Positions 12,936-25,174 of a stretch of 64,000 bases of DNA are shown here, in pieces. The position numbers and the translations under genes are program-made. The DNA comes from Oopsacas minuta (taxonomy: Eukaryota > Animalia > Porifera). The notes below the pieces were generated by a model. The model ran no database searches, had not been told where the DNA came from, and saw nothing but the letters and a program-made list of their open reading frames with translations. The number at the start of each line of letters is the position of its first letter. Within the stretch, counting starts at the first letter, position 1. The stretch covers positions 1-64,000 of the forward strand of contig JAKMXF010000349.1 of assembly GCA_024704765.1 (NCBI GenBank), in the 5' to 3' direction.

Positions 12936-15900
12936 CACAGTGGCTTAGTTGTAAAGAATTAAGAAATTATTTATAGTAATGCTTTCATTCCTTTATGGTT
13001 TTATTGTGTTTCTAAACATTCAAGTAGCATCCATTCCAATTTTCGAATCGTTTGGTAGCCCATTAGTCATGTAAATATGAACCAAAACTTTGTGGTTTTT
13101 AATGCTGAAATTCTCGTTTCGGAGAATTCAAAATATAAAAGATATTCACATTGATTCTGATTCTTTATAGAAGATATTAGCGATCTATTGTTTCGTCCAT
13201 TCTAGACAATTTTGCATGCTGATTTCAAATTTTGTATCAAATATATTCGAGACTGTGTACTTTTCATGTGAAGGATTGTTGTACCCAGGGTAAAAAATGA
13301 ATCCCATTTTTCCATAGATAAAATTTTGAAAGTGTCTGAAAAAAAAGTCAAGGAACGTCAAAGCGAAAATAATACCAGTTGTTGTTTGCATTTATACTAT
13401 GTTATATGAAGATGCAGGCCCCGAAACAGTGTGCAACTTTGATTTTTTGGTCACATTCTATTGCCTGTAATCGTTGCTATGGAAATTACTAAAGTGATAT
13501 CTGTAACTATGTAATTGAATACCCGTCTAATTCTAAATCACCTTGGAAATTACAGCCCAAAATTAGACATATATACGTGTGTGTATACGTGTACTTATGT
13601 TTCAATCATACACCTATATATTCTCATAGATAATGTATCCGTGATCAATGGCTGAACCAATTGCTCCGATGACATCCCCCGAATCCCGTCTCGATTTAGC
13701 AAGGATCCTGAAAGCAATGGCAATTGCGTCCAAACGACTCTCTGTTATCTTAGCGATCTCCATGGATGAGACGATACCAATCAGACCAAACTTTAATTGA
13801 TTCTAGGTAGGACACGAGATATGATTAGAACTTCAAAAAATCTCTTGGATTTTGCATGGAGAATGGTAGCATTCTGAAATTTTCTCAGAATAATTTATAG
13901 CTTCACAAGCCCTCAAAAAACTAAGTCCGTGCGCCAAAAGAAAGAACTTATCAATCTTTCAGTGCAACACTAGCGTTCACGCATCTCTAGTGTCCCAGAG
14001 TCTATCAGGTCCATCTCAGTAATCGAAAAAACTTATGAAATTACAATTGCAGCTCTTGCTTTGCAATTGTTGTGCAATGAAGAAGACAATCGAGAAGGAA
14101 GTATACTCTACTACGACAACTTTTGTTATCTAATGAAGTTCATTTTCCTACATATGAGAGGGTGGCCGATCGTAGAAATAATTCAGTACTACGAGGTATG
14201 ATTCAACTATACCTGAATCCTACAGCCCCAGTTGGTGTGTCTGTACCATGTGCTCAATTTGTCTATTATACATTTTGTAGACTTATGTCCACTCTACCGT
14301 CCCCTTCAAATGAAAATTTTCCTCTCCGATTTCAGATTGCTGATGGCTTAGATGGATCTGGAAAGCATACCGTATATAATCAACCAAATACGAATACGTC
14401 TACCAAATCGGTCATCCTATTTTGCTCCAAAGCAATAAACATTGTAAATTCTAGTGGAAAGGAACTTTGGAAAAACAACTGCCCGAATTCTCTATTCTCC
14501 CAACGTCCAATTTTCCTTCTTGTTGCCACAGAAAATCATGACAATATTCACCAATTTATGAAAGATATCATCAATCCCGAAACAGATCAAATGAAGGACC
14601 AAGGTTTCTATTTTGCCGATGATAAACATATATTTGTCGATGTTGTCCGATCAATGCTTGATGGTGAAATGGCAAGTATTTCCTCAGGAGCAGGAGGTTC
14701 AAGTTGCCGACTATGTACTGCAACGCAGAAAGAACTAAAAGATCGTGCTTGAATTTGGCAAGGCTATCCCATTAATAGAAACATTTCAGACACCATTAAC
14801 TTATTTGGAGAACTGGAAGACATTGATGATTTCTTTTCATTACCAACAAATCGAATATTTAACCTGACTCACCAACCATTGTAAACAATAGATGTTTTAC
14901 CTGCTTCTCCCTTATATTCCTATACGTGGATTTTTAGATGGTTTAATTTACTTGTGTACCGCTTGAATTGTAACACGTTCACATGGTCACCATCATCAAA
15001 AGAAATTAAAGACTCTATGATGGATGTGCGAACCATAGTTCAAGAAGCAACAGGTCTAAGAATTGACCAACCAGACCCCAAAGGAGGTTCTACTTCCACT
15101 GGTGGTGTGGCTCGAAGAGCTTTTTCAAATGATTCCAAGTTTATTGAATGCGCAATGTCTTTGGTTAAGATTGATCACAGGGACTCACTTTGTAAATTGC
15201 ACACACAATTATCTGACATTCTGAGAACCATAAATTCAGACAGAAAAATCAATACAGAATAATTGGGTAACCTTTGTACAGACACCTATTTCCTTATTCT
15301 TCAATCCTTTTCCTGGGTGAACATTACACCGACTTTACATAAATTACTAGCCCATTCTGAAGAAATACTAAGAGAGATGAATTTTGGGTATGGATTGAAA
15401 TGCTTTAGCGAAGAAAGATCCGAAGCCTGCAACAAATTAATCAGGAAATATAGAGAAAATCTAGCAAGGAAAACTTCCTTCAAGGATAATGTTGTTGATA
15501 TATTTGTCGGACTCTCAACTGAAAGCGATCCTGTGTTAATGAAATATCGATCGATAGTGGTGTGCGAAAAGTGCAGGGAACACGGTCATATCGGAAGAGC
15601 TAAGTGCTATAGAGACAATGCAACAGATTTATTAGAATCATCTATTGATAATATAGTCAAGGGCCTTATTATTGATACGATATTGTACAACCTAGTTTGC
15701 TGAATGTTAGTGAACAAATAATACAATAAATCATTCCTTAAAATAAGTGCTTATTGTTTTTATCCAGAAACTATTAGAATTGATATTTATATTAGGAAAA
15801 AGATATGAATAAATTCTAAAAACGCATTTAAAAGTATGAAGTACAAAAGCAAAAATTGAGTATGACGTCATTTTATAAAAATTATGAGTAATTTTGTATT

Positions 15901-16174
15901 TCTAACAGTTGTAATTGCTTCCATGGATGTGATATACTGTACCCAAATAACACAATTTATAGAGCTAACATTGTTAAACAATCAGATATTAAAGAAAAAC
16001 AAAATTCAGCATAAAGCTATGACATTAGAATATGATAGATAGAGACCTTATAAAAATTTTGAATGCACCAAATGATTCCTAGTATATGATAACCTATATG
16101 CTGATAATACATTATATATGTCTATCTCAAATGAAAATACCCATTCTTTCTAACTCCCATTTTAAGCCACTGTG
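12936..16174 (+). mobile_element. Complete RAG1-like (Transib superfamily) transposon, element 1
   Basis: Both ends start CACAGTGGCTTA. An exact 5-bp TSD CATGG lies at 12931-12935 and 16175-16179. The element encloses a RAG1-core-like pseudogene. Confidence 0.93.
13648..15703 (+). pseudogene. RAG1-like/Transib transposase pseudogene (element 1)
   Basis: Catalytic-type motifs GLDGSG, SMLDGEM and SEERSEACNKLIRKYR match RAG1 D600, D708 and E962. Zn ligands CRLC and LHKLLAH are present, plus a C-terminal CEKCREHGHIGRAKC. There are several stops, frameshifts and an internal deletion near 14100. The start position is approximate. Confidence 0.9.
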
Positions 16175-16319
16175 CATGGATCCTGAAAGGGATAATTTGT
16201 ATCCCCATTAGATCTAATCAGTGATGTAGCCAAGAGCGAGCCTGGCAGCGCACGTGTCCTGCCAATCGACCTCCAAATTTCGCTATGGTGGAGAACTTCA
16301 TTAGGAGAATTGGTTACTA

Positions 16320-18964
16320 CGAGGGGTACTCAATAACCTTTGAGCCTAAATATCAAAAAGCATCAATATTTATTTATTTTTACTATAATTGTTCGAAATA
16401 GCATCACTTAGCTTGAATACACTTGTTCATTCGTTTAAACCAAGCTTGAATAGCCCTTGAAATTCTTTTTCGTTGATGTCTCCGATCACTTTTCTGAGGG
16501 CTCCCTCAAGTTCAGAATTCGATGAAAAATTTCTGCCTTTAAGGTATTTTGTTATTCTAGGAAAGGGCCAGAAGTGGCAGGGTGCTAGATCTGGAGAATA
16601 AGGGAGGTGTAGCAAAATATGTAGTCCTGATTCTTCAATGAATTGTCTTGTCATTTTTGATGTATGAGAATTGGCATTAACGTGGTGCAAAAAAGTTCCC
16701 CTTAATCCTGTGTCAGGACGCTGTAAATTTATTGCTTTTGTGACTAGAGGCAAACAACTCTCTGTATACCAGGTTGAATTAATTGTCTTACCAGGTTCAA
16801 GAGGTACAACAGTTTTAACACCTGTTGTATTAAAAAAAATTGCATACATTTGTTTCTTGGTGTACTAGGTTCTGCGAACCTTTGTTGGGGCACCTTCTCC
16901 AATTTCACACCATTGACGGCTCTGCTGCTTTGTTTCTGGATCATAGTGATAGATCCATGTTTTATCACCAGTATTATCTTGAAACCATCTCTACAGGGTG
17001 TCTCAAAAATCTTTTCCTCTTATGGATACAACTATAATATAGAGTTTCTTCGATAGATTCATCTAATTATTCGCCTATATATCCACCATTAAGTTTTAAA
17101 CATGAATTAATCCGCCTTGGCATCCCATCAACTAAATTCTGAAGTATCAACGGGCTAATCCCATTCCATATATATTTTCCAAATATTTTCTGAGCTGTGT
17201 TAAATTTGTAGCGGGCTTTCTCTTGCCTAGCCCTACTTGCATAATAGACCAAAGATTTTCGATGGGATTTAAATCTGGGGAGTTACTAGGCCAAACACCT
17301 TTCTCCCGAATCCAGGTAGATGCTCTGAAAGCCATTTCTGGGTCCTTATGGTTGTATATGCAAGGGCGCCATCCTACATGAAATTGTCTCGGACATCTTT
17401 CGACACATTTTCCTTTGGGTAAGTGGGGCTCTAGCCTTTCTACGCCTAAAGGTGGGAGACAACACTTCTCCAGGATTTCATTAATATAGTACTCGTATTC
17501 AATGAGCGTTTGGGGGGATGAAGTGTAGATCTGGTAGCCCTGCCGGTTCATCACTCCCAGACCATCATTTGGGGGGTTTTTGACTGATTCAACTGGGCTA
17601 ATGTTGTGCAGATTAATTTCCCAAACACGATCATTCTGCCTATTAGTCAGATGGAAAAACTCAAAAGTGCTTTCATCACTAAAAAGAACTCTTTCCCAAA
17701 CACGATCAGTCCATGTTTTGCGTTCCTGACAGAATTCTAGCCTCTTTACCTTTTGTTTTTCAGTCAATTTCGGGTATGAGGGTCTTTTATAGGCTTTTGC
17801 TCCGATTGTGTCGCGTAAATAACGGTGAATTGTGTCCTTACTTACGATCACCAACTTAGACGAGATATATTTCTCAAGATTTCGGGTTGAATTGTAGGGT
17901 TTCCCGATTGATTTTCGAATTATAATTTTCGGAATCCGGGAAAGCTTCGTCGGACGTCCAGACCGGGGCTTGTCATCAAGCAAATATCCAGCTCTATGCC
18001 TTTTACACCAGTTCCGAACTGTCCGAATTGTGGCTCCAAGAGTACTGGCGACTGACTTCTGTGTTGAACCCGCTTCAATCATGCCAATCGCTCGCTCACG
18101 AACAGAAAATCTCGGTATCATGACATCCATGTAGGAAATTTGTGAGGGTTGAGAAAAATATCGAAAATACAAACAGATTATCAAATAAGGAAATGAAATA
18201 TTCATTATAGTATTGGACTACTATAGACTAATAATAATCTGAAAAATGGTCGGTTAGTAAACAATACTGTTCGATATATAACGACTTCAATCGAAGGACT
18301 GAGGTGGAAAAAATTTTTGTGACAACCTGTACTGTTGCCATTGTTGAATCTTTTAAGCATTTGATGGCACCATTTTACTTGATTCTGCTTCTGTTCAGGA
18401 TGAAGCTGATGTGGGATCCAGGGGGCGGCACAAAGTTTACGTGGCTGAGGGGATTGGTGTAAACGGTGGCACTTCTCCGGGTGAAATGCCAATTTTGTGC
18501 TGAATCCCCTCATATGTAACATTTGGGTCTGCTATCACCATGTTCTCAATTGACTCAACAATTCCCTCTGTAACAGCGTATGGGGGTGGTCCAGGTCGGG
18601 GTTGGTCTTCAAGATGAAAACTCCCACACTTAAATTCTCTGTACCATCTTTTCACTGTTTCCGCTGATACCTTGTTATTTGGAAAGGCTGTACAGAAATT
18701 TTCGTGACATTCTTTTATTGTTTTCAAAAGTTGGAACTGAAAAGTATTATCGCACGAATATCACACCTTGATAACTGTATTGAGGATTTTGTAACTAAGG
18801 AATCCATAGATAATAAAACTACTGCTATCTGAAAAGTATACAAGATAAAGTTACAAGATTTTCAACGAAGTATATTTATCCCATGTTTATTCGAAACAAG
18901 TAATGGTTTACTTATAAAAGAGCTCGCAACATAGTCAGGCTCAAAACTTATTGAGTGCCCCTCG
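16320..18964 (-). mobile_element. mariner transposon (~1.3 kb net) carrying a nested Tc1-like insertion
   Basis: TIRs CGAGGGG(T/C)ACTCAATAA with TA on both flanks. Motifs TVKRWYREFKCG, WIPHQL and PYSPDLAPCHFW; the second and third catalytic Asp are mutated (HVN, CHF). Confidence 0.93.
16994..18329 (-). mobile_element. Tc1-like DD37E transposon, second copy of the 3744 family, nested in mariner
   Basis: TA-flanked, TIR CAGGGTGTCTCAAAA. ORF 17147-18205 is highly similar to the pieces at 3868-4916 (FSDES, WPSNSPDLNPIENLW) and is frameshifted. Confidence 0.93.
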
Positions 18965-19089
18965 TACATATATAATGTCAGCTTGGCTGTGAATTACTAG
19001 ATTCTTAGACTTCAGGAATAGGACATGCTCCAGAAGTTCACTAGACATTACTGCTGCCCCTCAACAAGCCCCTGTACAGTCAGTTCTGA

Positions 19090-19400
19090 TCTTTCCGCTT
19101 CGAACCTTTTGTGTTCATTCAATAGTGACTGGTACAACGTATATCCAAGACTAGAGTATTCAAAAAATGATGTTGTTTACTGTTTTTCTTGCCGTTTATT
19201 TGGCACAACGGGAACCGGAAGGTCAGAATTAGCTTTCACTCATACTTCATAAAAGTAGTGCAAACATGCATTAGGGAAAATGACAGTTTACTAAAACATG
19301 ATAATTGCCATATTCATAAAGGGACCTTGTTTGTCCTGGAAAGCCTATGAAGAAAACAGTATTCCAAGGTTTCGTAGTTGATATGATATGCTCTTCAAGG
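19090..19400 (+). pseudogene. Fragment of a TTF-type zinc-finger hAT (ZMYM1-like) transposase
   Basis: FNSDWYNVYPRLEYSKNDVVYCFSCRLFG...AFT, followed by KHALGK...KHDNCHIH. Truncated by the pogo element at 19410. Confidence 0.7.
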
Positions 19401-19409
19401 GCACAATTA

Positions 19410-20604
19410 CAGTGGTACTTGTCTTGTACGACCACCTGGCGTTCCAACAAATATGGTCGTAAAAGATAGGTGGTCGTCGATCACAGGCTTCCTATAGCCA
19501 AATGTTTTTTATCTATACATCAACTATCTAACAATTCAATATGTGCACTAATGTAGTACTACAATGTTGCGAGTCAATATACCGGAAATATTTATTTTAT
19601 ATACTAATACTAATTATGTTAGTCTTGTTTGTAAACCAACTATCCAGTGTACTTTGCTTCAAGTTGCGCATCTTTAAATTCTCCACTAAATCTTCAGTCT
19701 TGATCATTATTTCAAGGAGACTTTCTTCATTATTAGAAAGAGAAAACTTCTTCAATTTTCCAATCATGACGCCTGCTTCTGTCATAGAAATTACTTTATC
19801 TGACCTTCCATTCTGATCTTCGTCACTATCCTCAGTTTCATCACTGTATCTTCTGTGTCATTTAAATCCACCCCCTTACTTTTTCTACATCTCCGTTTCT
19901 CAGTCATCTCTAGAGGTAGCAAAGGTAGCCAAGTTATTAGCAAATGTAGTAAATTGAGATAACGTTGTGTCATCTAGAATAAACTCAGTTTCTGTCATAA
20001 TCTCTTCAAAAGGTGAAGCTGAGATATCAGATTCTGAAGCCTCTATTTTCCTTTGGAAACCACACTTTGTGAAGCACTTTTGAATAGTGCTACTTGTTAA
20101 GCGACTCCATACATCTTTAATCCATAGAATGGCATCCAAGATATTAACTAGCCTAACCAATTCAGAAGCTGTGCATTCTGCCAATCAAGTGCCTTAGCAA
20201 TCTGTTCCTGTAGTTGATTTTCACAGATTGAATTATCCCAGCAGCTATTGGCTGCAGCTTCGAAGTTGTATTAGGCGACAGGGAAACCAATATCAAATTG
20301 CTTGCCTCAACGTCGGGATGTGAACTACAGTTATCAACAAACATTAGAACATTCCTGTTTTCAAATGAGAATTTCTGGGTTGTTCTTTTCACACAGCCTA
20401 CAAATATCTTAGATGTCATCCACGCCTATGTATTTACTTCATAGTGAACCCTGAAAACTGCAAAAATCGTGGTCGTTGATCCCGTTCTACAAATAGTCGC
20501 TCATTGAAGGCCAAAATGTATCGTAAACCATCCATGTCGGAGAAATAAGTCGTAAAAGGCAGGAAGTCGGTCATGGCAGGGGTCGTACAATACAGGTACC
20601 ACTG
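19410..20604 (-). mobile_element. pogo/Tigger-like element, internally deleted
   Basis: TA-flanked TIRs CAGTGGTAC(T/C)TGT(C/A)TTGTACGACC. ORF pieces VLMFVDNCSSHP...PNTTSKLQPI..GII and ILDAILWIKDVW...TIQKCFTKCGF. No N-terminal HTH is seen. Confidence 0.88.
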
Positions 20605-20745
20605 TAATATCCAAAAATGTTCACTACTGCAAATTTATTTGTGAAGTAATCCTATTTTGCAGTCAACAGGAAATTCACTTAAGAACGGGGGCGTGGTGTA
20701 GGAGGAAACGCGCTCTCTCACTTTAACTTGAATATTATTTTACTA

Positions 20746-22906
20746 CACTGGCCAACAACATTTTCTTGGCAGAAAAGTTGAGACTATTTCTAAGGTATAT
20801 CGGGATCACTGAGTCCGAAAATGGCACTAGTTCTGGCCAATTGACTCTACTTTTCGTGATATTGTAAAATTATGTCCTTCAGTATCCATGAATCTGTGTT
20901 CACTGATACTCTATAGTATGTATGTGTTACCTTATACCTAGAATTGAACGTAGGTAATAAGCAGATAATTTGAGATATAATATGATCTGAATACTTATCA
21001 ATCATGACGAATGTTCTCTTATACGGATTCCTCTTGTAAGGTTCTTGGGGGCAATCACGCATAAGGCTCCAACAGTAATCTGCCAACATGTGAGCGTCTC
21101 ATCTTCCTTGGTACCATTCCTCCATAGTCCTGATGTCTTGGTAGAATAGCTCGCCCTGTTCCTTGCTTAAATCACCAAGATTTTCAGGGAATCTCTCTAA
21201 ATGGCTATAGAGATAGTGAAGTTTTATGCTCATTCTGGTTCCCAGACTGTGGAAGTTCTTGAGCATGCCTTCGACCAGATTCTGATAGTTAGCCACATTG
21301 GTGTTGACTAAGAATCCCTTTACAACATCGACAAAGGAATACCACAGCGTAGCGTCAACTCCCGTCATGTGTGAGGCGAAATATTTATCTTCTATCAGTT
21401 TTCTGATTTGTGGCCCATCAAAAATTACTGCCTTAATATTTTCGCTACTCAGACCATGATATACTGAGCAGAGGTAGTTCAAAACAGGTACCATCTTTGT
21501 TCAATGCCTTTTCGAATTGTTTCATCAGTCCCAACTTGATATGCAGTGGGGGTAGGATGATATGGTCATGGCTAACTAGTGGTTGGTTAATGATATTCTT
21601 TTCCCCCACGGAAATCTTTTGACGAACTGGCCAGTTCTTCTTTTCCCAGTGCACCTCATCCGCTCTACTGTCCCCAAACAAAGAAAGCATGGGTATTAAG
21701 TGTAATCACTTTGCTGTCCTAACAGAATATTGACCATTTTCAACTCTACACACGCGGTCCAGTTATGTTCATCATAACACTGCTTTTGTAGGACCATCTT
21801 TACAGTTGCATAATGCTCTTTAAAGATTATTGAATGGCCGATCGGAACACAGGCAAATTTGTTACCAATATGCAGCAACACACACTTTAGACTCCGTTTA
21901 GAGCTGTTGATGAATAAACGCCACTCATTCGAGTTGTATTGGGACAGTCCCATTGCTGAGAGAAGTCCTGGGATGTTATTACAAAACACGAAACCGCCTT
22001 CTTCACTGAAATAGCGAATAAGTTCTTCGTCTCTGCATCGGTAATAAGTTATCCTAGCTTCACTGTGGAGAATATTGGTGTTCACTGAGACGGGAAGCCA
22101 GGATCTCTGAAGCATCGTTTGACAAGCCTAAGTCTCTCACTAAGTCGTTGTGTTGCCCTGTGTGAAAGGCTCCGCTTTACTTATCTGTAACAACTCATAA
22201 CAGCTATTGCTGCAGTATGTGCTGTCGGATGATTCAACATTTGCCTCAGTAAATGCAGTATCAGGTAAGGAGGTAAAAAGAGGCATCTGAATTTCGCTGC
22301 AATGTGGAAATAGACGTCTTGCAGCATGTATGCAGGATATTGCCACGAATTATTTTTCTGTCGGTTCCATCCAGATATGTTAATCATGTAGAAGTAGCAG
22401 TCATCGAGTGGTTCTTGGGCTCTCGCCAAACCATTGCTACCCCAAATTTCATGGATTGGGCTTTCCTTGGGCCCATAGGCGGAGGGTTTCGGTGCAATAT
22501 TTGCACACTTTGTGAGGGCTCCATGACTTATCCTGATCGCCTACTTTAATACCTAAGTGAGCCTGATAGGATACTTTGGTGACATCTCTAACATTAAAAC
22601 GATGCTCCTATGCCATATATTCATCACAAATATAGCAAATGACATCAGGATCATCGAGGCAACCACGTCTATGCGCTTTGAATCCATAAAAGGTTCATGT
22701 TGTAAACAAATAGTAGCAAATGCTGATATAAACATACAAACCGAAAGTTTTGTTAGTACTACCTTAAAATTTGAGCTGCTGTAATATCTAGAAAACTAGA
22801 GCCATTTCAGCAAAACTAATAGTATTTTGGATTCAGCAACCCCGATATACTTTAAAACGCTCCAACAATCTGAGCCAAGAGATAGAATGTTTTTTGTTGA
22901 CATGTG
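20746..22906 (-). mobile_element. Chapaev3-like (CMC) transposon, pseudogenised
   Basis: Imperfect TIRs of ~110 bp start CAC..G.CAACAA and share GTATATCGGG....CTGA.TCC.AAAT. Motifs GDQDKSWSPHKVC, VWREP, WRLFINSSKRSLKCVLLH, PLHIKLGLMKQF, FDGPQIR, MSIKLHYL and MLADYCW. TSD not cleanly resolved; family assigned from recalled motifs. Confidence 0.78.
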
Positions 22907-23317
22907 TATAATATAGGTAGATTAAGTTCTCCGAAGCTGCCCTTCTTTCGTACTCTAGTCAACTCCGCTTAAGGGGCAACATCTTCACCGAAGAAGGACA
23001 ATAATATTTGGAAGTATTTTTAGTTTATATTACTCGTACTGTGAGTTACAACATGTTTCGTTATAGAACAATAACTTTGTTTTACCAATTTTGTGTAATA
23101 TATTCTTTTATAAGCGTGCCCACTAGAAATTTGAGCACTACACCCCTGCTTAAGGGGACATTCGCAAACCCCCTGCTCTGAACTATTCAGTGCTCCATCC
23201 AGGTAAAAATCGACAATCAGTTCTTCCTGTACTAACAATTCATGATTCTAAAACTACAAATACAATTAAACAATATCTAAAGGAGTCAGATCTTGTAACC
23301 CCAGCAACTTAGAACTA

Positions 23318-24661
23318 CAGGGTGTAACGAAAGTGTTGATACCCTAGATACCTCATTAAAACTTAGAATATATTTGAGTTATTCGAAATATTATCGGTTT
23401 ATATATCAACCATTTCGTTCTAATACAATTCTTATACGTTCCGGCATGCTAGCTACTAAATTTTCTAAAATGCTTGGGCTAATGTCTCTCCATGCTGATT
23501 TGACTGTTTCTATTAGCTGTTCACACCTTGTGATTTGGCCCTCTTCATTAACCTTCTCTTTCACTATTCCCCAAAGGTTTTCAATAGGGTTTAAGTCAGG
23601 GGAGTTCCCAGGCCATTCAATCTTACGCCAGAAAGCATTTAAATGATCTTGACACCACTTCTGCGTTGCATTGGCCATGTGTGCCGGTGCACCATCTTGC
23701 ATGAAGATGAATTCAGACATATTTTCCAACATTGGCCGCTCCAAAACCGATCCATTATTTCGACAACGGTGAACTGCCTCCATACAAGTCTTGGCCAAAA
23801 TTTGATTAATGTAGTATGCACTATTTATTGATTGCCCTTGAGGGATTATATGCAGTTCTGAAAGTGCCTGTTGTGACATCATGCCCCACACATGAATCTT
23901 TGCTGGAAACTTAACTGAAAATACCGAAGGAACATCTTGCTTATTCTTTGCCCAAACGCGATTATTTTGTTTGTTTGGCGTTACAAAGAGCTGGAAGGGA
24001 GACTCATCTGACCAGAGAACTTTTTCCAGTCGTTAACTGTCCAATATTGATGCTTCCGAGCAAAATTCAGACGATCTTGGATGTTCTTTTGGGATAACCG
24101 AGGTATTTCTTGCCTTTTGAAAGACCTAACACCCACAGATTCGGTCAAATGACGATACACACACATATGAGATACAGGATTGCCTCTATTCTTCAATCTC
24201 TGTGCAAGTTTTCTTGTGGATTGCCTGCATTTACCGAGTGACTTGGAAATAACAATTTTATCCGCCCGTTTCAAAATAGGAGGCCTCCCTGAACGAGGTT
24301 TAGTCACTAATGAACTACCTTTTTTATACAAACTAGACGATCGTTTCACCGAAGAGATTGAAACATCCAAGTCTTGGGCCACTTTCTTCTGTGTGAGCCC
24401 TGCATCTAGCATGCCCATAGCTCGAGAACGAAGCAAGATTCCATGATCACGGACATCCATTAATACGAAATAATGTAACGATGCTAAAATTGGAAAAAAA
24501 TTCAAATATTTGAATAATATAAGTAATTAATGTAATCAGAAATAATCTAAAGTACTATAACTATATTTAAGAAAAGTATAGGAAACAAACTCTGTATGGT
24601 TCATTAATATTTAAGATTTTCATAGGAAAATAAAAGGTATCAACACTTTCGTTACACCCTG
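23318..24661 (-). mobile_element. Tc1-like transposon with DD37E spacing, full length, frameshifted
   Basis: Perfect 26-bp TIR CAGGGTGTAACGAAAGTGTTGATACC with TA on both flanks. QDGAPAH...WPGNSPDLNPIENLW has 37 residues between D and E. N-terminal HTH in ORF 23981-24505. Confidence 0.94.
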
Positions 24662-25174
24662 TAGTAAATGGATGGTTGTTAATTATTAATGCAAAACAAC
24701 GATATCAACCTAACCCAATCGGAAACGCGATACATTATAATGCTTGGGAAAAAATTGTGGATTTCTTCAAGGTATGAACATTGGCTAACAAACTGAAAAT
24801 AATCGGAAAGACTTGGATTGTCGAAACTAACTTCAAATGCATCAATCACTACTAACAATGCAATTTCGGACTAGTCATGTGATTTGATCAAGAATAGATA
24901 TAACCTATGTCTCATTCAGCTAATTTCAAACGGATCCATCAGAAAGGAGTCACAATATAGACAAATGAGTGGTTGGCGTTATTTCGTGAGTTTGGCTGAG
25001 TTATTAGGTCTGAATCAATTTTTATTATAAGATATTACTCAAACATACTATAGATTAATTCGAGTTGCAACTCTCTACAACGAATACTATCAATCAGAAA
25101 ATTACTGTGTTTCTGGCAGCTTGTAATTTCAGAAGACACGAAGGATATTGTAGTTTACATTTCAGTTATATTAC

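Noticed and set aside
15703-16174. RAG2-like gene inside or beside the RAG1-like elements
   Set aside because: No kelch-repeat or PHD-like ORF is visible on either strand, and there is not enough room between the RAG1-like stop and the 3' end.
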